64,000 nt of DNA from Microbacteriaceae bacterium (lineage in GTDB: Bacteria > Actinomycetota > Actinomycetes > Actinomycetales > Microbacteriaceae). Shown in pieces: positions 9,616 to 17,977 of the stretch (position 1 is the stretch's first letter; each line of letters begins with the position of its first letter). The position numbers and the translations under genes were made by a program. The stretch is taken from positions 9,886-73,885 of the forward strand of contig CANGDL010000006.1 in NCBI GenBank assembly GCA_947452675.1. Reading direction: 5' to 3'. The notes below the pieces were generated by a model, which was given only the letters and a program-made list of their open reading frames with translations, was not told the origin of the DNA and made no database searches.

Positions 9616-10995
9616 ATGACAACTGCAACATTCGGCACCAACCAGGTGGACTGGGAACAGCGTCTTGATTTCGACAAACTGCGCACTGAGCGCCTTGCCA
9701 AGCTCAAGGCTGAGCTTGAAAAGTCGAGCGTCGGCGCTCTGCTTGCCTTCGACTTCGCCAACATCCGCTACATGTCATCGACTCACATCGGAACCTGGGC
9801 CATCGACAAAGCCATTCGCTTTGCACTCGTGACCCGCAAAACCGACCCAATCGTTTGGGACTTCGGTTCGGCCGCAAAGCACCACCAGCTTTACAACCCG
9901 TGGCTAGACACCACCACCGCCGAGGCCGACGCCGACCCACACGCTCCTCACCACGGTGCGATTAAGCCTCGTGCCGAGTCTGGCGCCCGTGCCGGAATCT
10001 CTACCCTTCGCGGAGCATTCAACCCGGATGCTGGCATAGCCGACGAGGTTGCCTCAAAGATCAAGCGAGAGCTTGAGAAGTATGGTCTACTCAACGAACC
10101 GCTAGGCATCGACATCGTCGAGCTGCCAATTTTGTTCGCTCTGCAGCGCGCTGGCATCACAGTGGTTGACGGTCAGCAGATTTTCTTGAACGCACGTGCA
10201 GTCAAGACTGGCGAAGAGATTGGTCTGCTAACCCAGGCAGCTTCGATGGTTGACGCTGCCTACGAAAAGCTCTACGAGTTCCTACGCCCAGGTGTCAAAG
10301 AGAACGAGGCCGTCGGCCTAGTCTCTAAGGTGCTTTACGACCTCGGTTCAGAGTATGTCGAAGGTGTGAACGCCATCTCAGGCGAGCGCTGCTCACCTCA
10401 CCCACACGTTTATTCAGACCGTTTGATTCGCCCGGGTGACCCTGCCTTCTTCGATATCCTGCACAGCTATCAGGGCTACCGCACCTGCTACTACCGCACA
10501 TTCGCGGTTGGCTCGGCTAGCTCTGCACAGCACGATGCCTACAAGCGCGCCCGCGAATACATGGACCGCGCGATTGCCCTGGTTCGCCCAGGTGCAACCA
10601 CCGCAGACATCGTCGCAGTTTGGCCAAAGGCCGAAGAGTTTGGCTTCGCAAACGAAGAAGCCGCGTTCGCCCTTCAGTATGGCCACGGTGTTGGTCTGTC
10701 GATCTGGGAAAAGCCAATCTTCTCTCGCCTGGTTTCATTCGACCACCCAGAGGTCCTTGTCGAGGGCATGGTTTTCGCTCTCGAAACCTACTGGCCATCG
10801 GCCGACGGTTGGGGCGCAGCCCGCATCGAAGAAGAAGTCGTGGTCACCGCCACCGGCTGCCAGGTCATCACCAAGTTCCCAGCCGAAGACCTTTTGGTCG
10901 CCGGCCAGCGTTACTACTCGGTTGGTGGCCCATTGCCATTGCAGCGTGACTCACAGTCGCACCTAAACACCCCTGCAGGCCGCGGCGAAATCTAA
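9616..10995 (+). CDS. M24 (pita-bread) fold protein, Xaa-Pro peptidase/creatinase/DddP-like, atypical metal site
   Basis: N-domain NIRY motif; ligands D280, C291 (normally Asp), H357 (YGHGVG), E390, E405. Confidence 0.85.
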   Translation: MTTATFGTNQVDWEQRLDFDKLRTERLAKLKAELEKSSVGALLAFDFANIRYMSSTHIGTWAIDKAIRFALVTRKTDPIVWDFGSAAKHHQLYNPWLDTTTAEADADPHAPHHGAIKPRAESGARAGISTLRGAFNPDAGIADEVASKIKRELEKYGLLNEPLGIDIVELPILFALQRAGITVVDGQQIFLNARAVKTGEEIGLLTQAASMVDAAYEKLYEFLRPGVKENEAVGLVSKVLYDLGSEYVEGVNAISGERCSPHPHVYSDRLIRPGDPAFFDILHSYQGYRTCYYRTFAVGSASSAQHDAYKRAREYMDRAIALVRPGATTADIVAVWPKAEEFGFANEEAAFALQYGHGVGLSIWEKPIFSRLVSFDHPEVLVEGMVFALETYWPSADGWGAARIEEEVVVTATGCQVITKFPAEDLLVAGQRYYSVGGPLPLQRDSQSHLNTPAGRGEI

Positions 10996-11010
10996 GCCTG
11001 AGAAACGACT

Positions 11011-12075
11011 ATGACTGACCAAATGATTGCAGCTGTTTTTCACGGCAGTGGTGACGTGCGCGTTGAGACCATGGATGTCCCGACCCCTGCGAAGTGTGAG
11101 GTGCTTCTAAAGATTCTGCGCTCCGGCATGTGTGGAACCGATGCATCTGAATACAAGTCTGGGCCAAAAATGTTTCCGGTTTTGGCGAAGCACCCGAACA
11201 GTGGTCACCAAGGCCCAATGGTGCTCGGTCACGAGTTCATCGGCGAAATCATCGGTGAGGTTGACCCGGCTTCGGGCTTCAAAACCGGTGACATCGTTGC
11301 CTCTGGAGCCGGCATAAGCTGTGGTCAATGCAAGCGTTGCAAAGAGGGCCGAACCAACCTCTGCGACAACTATGTGACCCTGGGCCTAAACCGTCACGGC
11401 GGAATGGCACAGTTCGTTGCCGTGCCAACCAGCACCCTGGTGGATGTCCCGGCCGGCATGGATCTAGACGCGGCTGGCATTGCTCAGCCACTAGCCGTCG
11501 GCTTGCACGCAGCTCGCCGCTCGGGTGTTCGCAACGGCGACAAAGTCTTGCTCATCGGAGCCGGTGCCATCGGCACGTTCGTACTTGCCGGTCTTAAGCA
11601 CCTGGTCGACGCCGAGGTTACCGTGCTCGATTTTGGAGGCAGCCGCCTGGAGCGCGCAGCCCGACTTGGGGCTGATCACACCGTTGAGGTTGGCCCAGAT
11701 GCCACCGAAAACATTAAGAAGATCTTCGGCCCAGCTGGCATCGATGTTGTCATCGAAGCCAGTGGTGCCCCTGGTCAACTGCCGTTTGCAATTGACATGG
11801 TCAAGCGCGGTGGAACCATCTTGCAGGTGGGTCTCCCATCGGCTCACCCGGAGATTGATCTTCATAAACTCGTTTTGAGCGAGATCAACATACTCACCAC
11901 CCTTGCGCATGTATGTGGCGAGGATCTGGCCGCTTCACTAGAGATTCTCGAATCCAGCACCCTCGCCAAGGAACTAATTGAAGGCGTTTATCCGTTGTCT
12001 GAGATAAGCAGTCAACTTGAACTTCTAAGCACCGGCAAGATTCAGGGCAAAGTGCTCTTCGACCCGTCGCTTTGA
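11011..12075 (+). CDS. Zn-dependent MDR alcohol/polyol dehydrogenase
   Basis: CGTD, LGHEF, structural Zn CGQCKRC..C, GAGAIG. Confidence 0.9.
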   Translation: MTDQMIAAVFHGSGDVRVETMDVPTPAKCEVLLKILRSGMCGTDASEYKSGPKMFPVLAKHPNSGHQGPMVLGHEFIGEIIGEVDPASGFKTGDIVASGAGISCGQCKRCKEGRTNLCDNYVTLGLNRHGGMAQFVAVPTSTLVDVPAGMDLDAAGIAQPLAVGLHAARRSGVRNGDKVLLIGAGAIGTFVLAGLKHLVDAEVTVLDFGGSRLERAARLGADHTVEVGPDATENIKKIFGPAGIDVVIEASGAPGQLPFAIDMVKRGGTILQVGLPSAHPEIDLHKLVLSEINILTTLAHVCGEDLAASLEILESSTLAKELIEGVYPLSEISSQLELLSTGKIQGKVLFDPSL

Positions 12076-12102
12076 TTCAGTAACTGAGAAAAGGAAGTAA
12101 AA

Positions 12103-13161
12103 ATGAAGGCAGCAATTTTTTACGGAGCCAAAGACATTCGAGTTGAGAATGTGGCCGAACCTCAGATGGTTGGCCCGGGCGAAGTCCGCCTGAAGCCATT
12201 CTGGTGTGGCATCTGTGGCACCGATGTGCACGAGTATGCGATGGGCCCGATCGTTATCCCTTCGAAGCCGCACAAGTTAAACGGCTCGATTCTGCCGCAG
12301 ATTCTTGGTCACGAATTCTCGGCCGAGGTGCTTGAGCTCGGCAAGGGTGTGACCAACGTAAAGGTTGGCGACCGTGTCTCGGTTATGCCACTTCTATCTT
12401 GTGGTGTCTGCTACTTCTGCTCACGTGGCGACAACCACCTTTGCACCTCGATGGCCTGCATTGGCCTTAGCTGCGAGTGGGGAGGCATCGCCGAGCAGGC
12501 GGTTGTCCCGGCAGCCAACGTGTTCAAATTGCACGACTCGGTTTCAGATGTTGCTGGTGCACTCGTCGAGCCTTTGGCCGTTGCCGCCTACGGTGTTGAC
12601 CGCGGAAATGTTCGCCCCGGCGACACAATCCTGATCACCGGTGCCGGCCCAATTGGTGCCCTTGCCGCGATCTATGCCGAGAATCTGGGCGCACGCGTCT
12701 TCGTTTCAGAGCTGAACCCAAACCGCAAGCGTCTCATCGATGACCTCGGCATCGCGACTCTGCTTGACCCAACCAAGGATGATGTCATTGGCGCCCTCAA
12801 GGATGCAACTGGCGGCATCGGCGTCGACGCTGCCATCGAATGTTCAGGCAACGAGCGCGCACTTCAGACTTCGGTCAAGGCAGTTCGCTCTGGCGGCTTC
12901 ATCGTCCAGACCGGTCTGCACACTCGCCCAGCTTCGATCGAACCGATGGAGTTCTCGGAGCGCGAGATCACCTACACCGGTACCTGGTGCTACCCGGTAA
13001 CCGACTGGCCTCGCATTATCGACCTAATCGGCCGCCGCGGTTTGCCGGTTGAAAAGGTTGTCAGCTCACAGATCACCATGGATGACATTGTCACCAAGGG
13101 ATTTGAAGAGCTAGTTTCACCAACCGGTAACGAAACCAAAGTTCTAGTCAGGGGTTACTAA
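12103..13161 (+). CDS. Zn-dependent MDR, 2,3-butanediol dehydrogenase-like
   Basis: CGICGTDVHEY..GP, LGHEFS, CGVCYFC..C, ALVEPLAVA, GAGPIG. Confidence 0.88.
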   Translation: MKAAIFYGAKDIRVENVAEPQMVGPGEVRLKPFWCGICGTDVHEYAMGPIVIPSKPHKLNGSILPQILGHEFSAEVLELGKGVTNVKVGDRVSVMPLLSCGVCYFCSRGDNHLCTSMACIGLSCEWGGIAEQAVVPAANVFKLHDSVSDVAGALVEPLAVAAYGVDRGNVRPGDTILITGAGPIGALAAIYAENLGARVFVSELNPNRKRLIDDLGIATLLDPTKDDVIGALKDATGGIGVDAAIECSGNERALQTSVKAVRSGGFIVQTGLHTRPASIEPMEFSEREITYTGTWCYPVTDWPRIIDLIGRRGLPVEKVVSSQITMDDIVTKGFEELVSPTGNETKVLVRGY

Positions 13162-13163
13162 TC

Positions 13164-14138
13164 ATGAAGGCTCTCGAGTTCGTCTCAGAAGGTGTTGCCA
13201 AGGTCAACGAACTTTCCGTCCCCGAGATCGGTGACGACGAGGTACTAATTGCGTCTCGTGCGGTAGGTGTCTGCCATTCAGACATCGAGCTGCTTGAGGG
13301 TCGTTACATCATCCCGTTCAGCTACCCAATCATCCCTGGTCACGAATGGTCAGGCGAAGTTATGCGCGTCGGCGCCAAGGTGACGAACTTCAAAAAGGGC
13401 GATCACGTGGTTGGTGACTGCGTCATCGGTGACGACCACTTCGGCTTCTCGATCAGTGGTGCTGCAGCAGAGTTTTTCGTAACCAAAGAGTCCTGGCTTC
13501 ACAAGATTCCGGAGAACATTTCCTGGAACAACGGAGCCTTGGTTGAGCCGTTCAGCGTTGCCTACTATGCGTTGATGCGTGTGGGTAACGTGAACGCCAG
13601 TGACACCTTGGTGGTCCTCGGCGCCGGACCTATCGGCCTTGCCGTCACCGCTGCCTCGAAGGCACTCGGAGCAAAGACGATTGTGGTTGAGCCAGTCGAC
13701 TTCCGTCAAAAGGCAGCGCATGAGCTAGGAGCAGACTATGTTTGTGCTCCAGACGAAATCAAGGCATTGCTTGCTAAGGTCACCGATGGCCGCGGAGCCA
13801 ACGTCGTAGTTGAGGCAACCGGGCGACCTGATGTGATGGCAACCGCTCTCGAACTTGCTGGCTTCAAGGGTCGAGTCGCATACATCGGCATCGATGTCGG
13901 CAAGTCGGCTCCGGCGCAGCTTGGTTTGATTCAGTCAAAAGAGTTGACCATCACCGGATCAATCGGGTCTCCAGGCGTTTGGGAAGAAACCATTCGCTTC
14001 ATGTCAAACAAGAACATCGATCTTTCGCCACTCGTTACCGCTCGCTTCACCGTTGACCAGGCGCTTGGTGCGGTCGAGGCAGCACAGCGCCCGATGGAGA
14101 ATATCAAGGCACACATCGAGTTCAACGCTTCGCTATAA
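13164..14138 (+). CDS. Zn-dependent MDR lacking the structural-Zn loop
   Basis: CHSD, PGHEW, GAGPIG; four-Cys lobe replaced by short GDCVIGDDHFG. Confidence 0.85.
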   Translation: MKALEFVSEGVAKVNELSVPEIGDDEVLIASRAVGVCHSDIELLEGRYIIPFSYPIIPGHEWSGEVMRVGAKVTNFKKGDHVVGDCVIGDDHFGFSISGAAAEFFVTKESWLHKIPENISWNNGALVEPFSVAYYALMRVGNVNASDTLVVLGAGPIGLAVTAASKALGAKTIVVEPVDFRQKAAHELGADYVCAPDEIKALLAKVTDGRGANVVVEATGRPDVMATALELAGFKGRVAYIGIDVGKSAPAQLGLIQSKELTITGSIGSPGVWEETIRFMSNKNIDLSPLVTARFTVDQALGAVEAAQRPMENIKAHIEFNASL

Positions 14139-14173
14139 GCAACTCAAAAGAGAACCCGCAAAGTAGCAAAGAA

Positions 14174-14201
14174 GAAGGGCCACCCATTTGGGTGGCCCTT
14201 C
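14174..14201. terminator. Terminator hairpin between convergent genes
   Basis: GAAGGGCCACCCA-TT-TGGGTGGCCCTTC. Confidence 0.8.
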
Positions 14202-14245
14202 AACTCTTTGGTTAGTTTCTGGATGGAACTCTTTTTCCGTCGGCT

Positions 14246-15331
14246 TTAGGCCTTAGGCAGGATGTTTGCGTCGCGGTAAGCCTGAACGTTTGCGAAGAAG
14301 CTCTTTGGGCTTGATCGGAAGTTCAAGAATCCGGCTTCGCGTGACTTGGTCATGTCGGTGAAGCATTCGATCTGGCGACCGAGGTCGCTGTCGCTGTGCC
14401 ACCACGAAGCCAACTTGGTCACATCGCTAACGGCAAGGCCGTGTTTCTTGGCGATCTCTGCCCATACCGGAGCCGCATCCTTCATCTGTTCTTCAAGCGG
14501 CTGGAAGTGCTCGGACTTAGGGCCCTCATAATCAACACCGAAGTGCTCAGCAATCTGAGGCCACATCCAACGCCAGCGGAAGGTGTCACCGTTAGCAATG
14601 TTGAATGCCTGGTTTTCACCGGCCGGGTTTGTTGCAGCCCAAATCAACTGCTCGCCTAGAAGGTCGGCGTCTGTTACGTCGACTACTCCGTTCCAAGATT
14701 GGGTTGAGCCAGGGTAGATGAATGGCTTGCCGAGAGCCTTCTGAATTTCGGCGTATACCGAAAGGGTCAGCACCATGTTCATGGCGTTGTCTACTGCATA
14801 ACCAAAGATGGTGTGTGAACGGTGAACACTCCAGGTGAAGCCCTGCTTCTTCGCAGCTGAGAAGAGCTCGTCTTCTTGGGTGTAGTAGAAGTTAGGCACA
14901 TCGAGGCGTGGCTCATCCTCGTGGAATGGAGTCTCAGCCATAACAGCGTTTGCATAGTTATCGAATGGGCCAAGGTAGTGCTTTAGGCCGGTCTGAAGGG
15001 CAACATGGCGAACGCCACCGTCGGGCTCGAGCCCAGCAAGCAGGTTGCGAATGGTTGCACCGTTTACCTCGATGTTCTCTGCTTCAGAGTCCTTCTTGAT
15101 CCATGCGGTCATAAATACAATCTCAGGCTTTAGGCCAGCGAGAGCAGTTTTTACGGCTTCGGCATCCAAGAGATCGGCTGCGATGTGGTGCACGCCAGCT
15201 GGCAAACCCTCGGTGCGGCGAGATAGCCCGTGGACTTCCCAACCATCTTTGAGAAGCTGCTTTGCAATGACCTGTCCTGAGATGCCGGTTACGCCAACAA
15301 TCAGTGCGCGTCGGCCGGTGTTTGAGCTCAT
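14246..15331 (-). CDS. PRISE (progesterone 5-beta-reductase/iridoid synthase)-like SDR, putative enone reductase
   Basis: ALIVGVTGISG, TG.KHYLGPF, PRL..PNFYY.QED, WSVHR, FNI.NGD.FRW motifs; ATG at 15331 preferred. Confidence 0.85.
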   Translation of the reverse strand: MSSNTGRRALIVGVTGISGQVIAKQLLKDGWEVHGLSRRTEGLPAGVHHIAADLLDAEAVKTALAGLKPEIVFMTAWIKKDSEAENIEVNGATIRNLLAGLEPDGGVRHVALQTGLKHYLGPFDNYANAVMAETPFHEDEPRLDVPNFYYTQEDELFSAAKKQGFTWSVHRSHTIFGYAVDNAMNMVLTLSVYAEIQKALGKPFIYPGSTQSWNGVVDVTDADLLGEQLIWAATNPAGENQAFNIANGDTFRWRWMWPQIAEHFGVDYEGPKSEHFQPLEEQMKDAAPVWAEIAKKHGLAVSDVTKLASWWHSDSDLGRQIECFTDMTKSREAGFLNFRSSPKSFFANVQAYRDANILPKA

Positions 15332-15357
15332 TCTGAAAATCTCCGTTTCATCAGTGG

Positions 15358-15376
15358 TGTTCACTTGAGATGAACG
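15358..15376. promoter_or_regulatory. Island operator copy 2 (TGTTCACTTGAGATGAACG)
   Basis: Reverse complement CGTTCATCTCAAGTGAACA shares GTTCATCT....T.AACA with copies 1 and 4; just upstream of the PRISE gene. Confidence 0.6.
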
Positions 15377-15619
15377 TTACCAGTAAACACTGAGTCAATA
15401 GAAAGACAAATAAATAACGATTTGGCTAGAAATGCTCCTACGGCGAAATGAAGCCGCAGAAAATTTAGTGCGAGCACACAAACTCGCCAGATAGCCCTAG
15501 TTTTCAAGCCTTTCGGGCAAAATGAACATTTGGATTCTGAGGAATAAATCCGGTCGGTTGATTGAGTAAAACGAGGGCTCCTCGAGAAATGTCGCCGAAT
15601 CGTTATCGTAAGTGTGCCT

Positions 15620-15636
15620 AAACGTTGTCAACGTTT
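15620..15636. promoter_or_regulatory. Palindrome AAACGTTG-T-CAACGTTT upstream of the ABC operon
   Basis: Perfect 8-bp arms about 60 bp upstream of the permease start. Confidence 0.4.
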
Positions 15637-15697
15637 CATAAAGTAGGACTCAACACAGTGGTAAAGAATTCCACGAGAGAAGCATCAAGGAGAACAA

Positions 15698-16735
15698 ATG
15701 GCAGAACGAAGTGCTGCAACCCTTTCTAAGGGCTCGCGCTTTCAGGTTTCCAAGGGTCTTATGACCGTCTTGGTTTCGACCGTCGTTTTGTTTGCACTCA
15801 GCGCTGTTCTCGCGCCAACCAGCGTGGCTCCAGGCACGTTGAGTGGAATGCTTCCATTCGCGGGCATTCTTGCGATCGTCGGATTGGGTCAGATGCTGGT
15901 TATTCAGCAGGCCGGCATCGACCTATCGGTTGCCGGTGCGGTTTCCCTGGCTGCAGTAATTGTCACCGTTTATCCAACCGGAGACAACAACAAGCTCGTC
16001 CCTGCACTTCTGATGGCATTTGGAGTTTCACTCTTGGTTGGTGGCCTAAACGGAATCCTGATTGGTTTTCTAAAGCTAAACCCGATCATCGCGACCCTCG
16101 GAACTAACTCACTTCTCTATGGCCTAGTCATGGCGATCTCTCAAGGCATCCCACGCCAGACCACCCCCCGACTTCAGGCGATCGTGACCGGCTCGACCTT
16201 TGGTCTACCCAATGCCGTTTACTTTGCACTTGCCACTCTGTTGGTCGTCATCTTCTTCCTTCGCAAGACAGTTGCCGGTCGTCGATTTGAATCAATTGGC
16301 GCCAGCCCTGCTGTGGCCAGCATCTCAGGTCTTCGAGTTCGAACTCACCTCGGCCTTGCGTATGTTTGGGGTCAGCTGCTTTACACCCTTGCCGGCGTTC
16401 TCATCGCAGGCGTGATTTCATCACCTAACGGTTCGATGGGTGATGCCTACCTTCTTCCTTCGGTGGCAGTTGTTGTGCTCGGCGGAACCTCTCTTCTAGG
16501 TGGCCGCGGTTTGCCAACCGCAACCGTGATCGCCGCCGTCTTCCTTTCTCAGCTTGACCAGTTCGTCCTTGCGCTTGGCGTCAACTTCGCAATTCGCACC
16601 CTGGTCCAAGCTGCGGCACTAGCAATCGGTGTCGCGATCTACACAGTTGATTGGTCTCGAGTGAGATCAACCATCAGCAGACTCCTGTCGGCATCCGCCC
16701 GCAGGCAGAACCAAGCTTCTTTGCCTTCGGCTTAG
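15698..16735 (+). CDS. Monosaccharide (RbsC-type) ABC permease
   Basis: GQMLVI...GIDLSV, IIATLG, VVLGGTSLLGGRG. Confidence 0.92.
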   Translation: MAERSAATLSKGSRFQVSKGLMTVLVSTVVLFALSAVLAPTSVAPGTLSGMLPFAGILAIVGLGQMLVIQQAGIDLSVAGAVSLAAVIVTVYPTGDNNKLVPALLMAFGVSLLVGGLNGILIGFLKLNPIIATLGTNSLLYGLVMAISQGIPRQTTPRLQAIVTGSTFGLPNAVYFALATLLVVIFFLRKTVAGRRFESIGASPAVASISGLRVRTHLGLAYVWGQLLYTLAGVLIAGVISSPNGSMGDAYLLPSVAVVVLGGTSLLGGRGLPTATVIAAVFLSQLDQFVLALGVNFAIRTLVQAAALAIGVAIYTVDWSRVRSTISRLLSASARRQNQASLPSA

Positions 16736-16789
16736 AGGTCAAAAAAATGCGAGACAGTGATGTCACGCACTTAGATGGAGGAAACAAAG

Positions 16790-17884
16790 ATGATTCGTCG
16801 TCGTAAAATCGCTTCGGCACTTTCCGTCGCGGCAGTAGCATCGATGCTATTGACCGGCGTGGCCGCAGGCGTCGCATCACCAGCAACTGCAGCAACCAAC
16901 CCATCATGGTGTGGCCCTAAGAAGATCACCATGGGTCTGACCGATGGTTTCGGTGGCAACAACTGGCGTCTAGTTACCACTGCTTCGGCACGTAACGAGG
17001 TTGCAAAGTGTTCAAGCGTTACCAAGCTTCTTTATGCAGATGGCCAGGGAAACACCACCAAGGCAATCTCAGACATCAAGGGCATGGTTGCCAAGGGCGT
17101 TAAGGCTCTAGTTGTATTCCCAGACGCTGGTAAGGCAATCCTGCCAACCCTTCGCGCTGCATACAAGGCCGGCGTTGTAACCGTTCCTTACCGCGTTGAC
17201 CCATCGGGCACAGCTGGCAAGGACTACACCATCTTCATCCCAGGTGACTTCGTCACCGACGGTAAGAACTGGGGTACCTGGACCAAGAAGAACTTCCCAA
17301 CCGGTGCAAACATCCTATTCTTGTCAGGTCCTGCTGGAAACAGCCAGGGTGTAGACGAGCGTAAGGGCTTCGAGTCAGTACTAGGCAACGGAAGCGGCGC
17401 CTACAAGTACATCGGCGAGCAGCCTTTCGAGGTCACCAACTGGGACCCAGCCCTAACTCAGAAGGTTCTAACCGCAGCTATTGCGAAGTACCCAAAGATC
17501 GACGTCATCTTCTCTGACTTCGGCCCAGTTATGGTTTCATCACTTGGTGAGTTCGCAAAGAGCGGTCGCTCAATCCCTGCACTAGCTACCTCAGATGGAA
17601 ACATCCTTGGCTGCTACTACCAGGACAACGTGAAGGCCAACAAGGACTTCAAGTTGATGACCGTTGCAACCGGTAACGACCACGTACGTCTAGCTGTACA
17701 GCAGGCTGTTGCTCGCGCAACCGGCGGTGTAGTGCCTAAGGCAACCTCGTTCAAGGCTCCAATCTTCGAGGACTCAACCACTGGCAAGCCTCACCCAGTG
17801 CAGTGTAACCGCAGCATTAACGACTGGACCTTCTTGTCAGCTCAGATGAGCGGCGCAGACCAGGAAGCATTGCTAAAGAAGTAA
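16790..17884 (+). CDS. Sugar-type (RbsB/PBP1) ABC substrate-binding protein
   Basis: Signal peptide ending ATA-A, GGNNWR, ADGQGNTTKAISDI..MVAKGV, LSGPAGNS; start after GGAGG RBS. Confidence 0.88.
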   Translation: MIRRRKIASALSVAAVASMLLTGVAAGVASPATAATNPSWCGPKKITMGLTDGFGGNNWRLVTTASARNEVAKCSSVTKLLYADGQGNTTKAISDIKGMVAKGVKALVVFPDAGKAILPTLRAAYKAGVVTVPYRVDPSGTAGKDYTIFIPGDFVTDGKNWGTWTKKNFPTGANILFLSGPAGNSQGVDERKGFESVLGNGSGAYKYIGEQPFEVTNWDPALTQKVLTAAIAKYPKIDVIFSDFGPVMVSSLGEFAKSGRSIPALATSDGNILGCYYQDNVKANKDFKLMTVATGNDHVRLAVQQAVARATGGVVPKATSFKAPIFEDSTTGKPHPVQCNRSINDWTFLSAQMSGADQEALLKK

Positions 17885-17904
17885 CAAAGCATTAGTTCCA
17901 CAGG

Positions 17905-17940
17905 TTGCTGGGCCGGCTTAGAAATAGGCCGGCCCAGTAA
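17905..17940 (+). terminator. Intra-operon hairpin after the SBP gene (partial terminator/mRNA stabiliser)
   Basis: TTGCTGGGCCGGCTTA-GAAA-TAGGCCGGCCCAGTAA. Confidence 0.7.
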
Positions 17941-17977
17941 ACCGCCCCAAACAACTTGAAACACCAGGAGACGCAAA

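Noticed and set aside
9616-10995. Calling the M24 protein a DMSP lyase DddP
   Set aside because: Shares the fold only; the metal-ligand region differs and no acrylate-catabolism genes are adjacent
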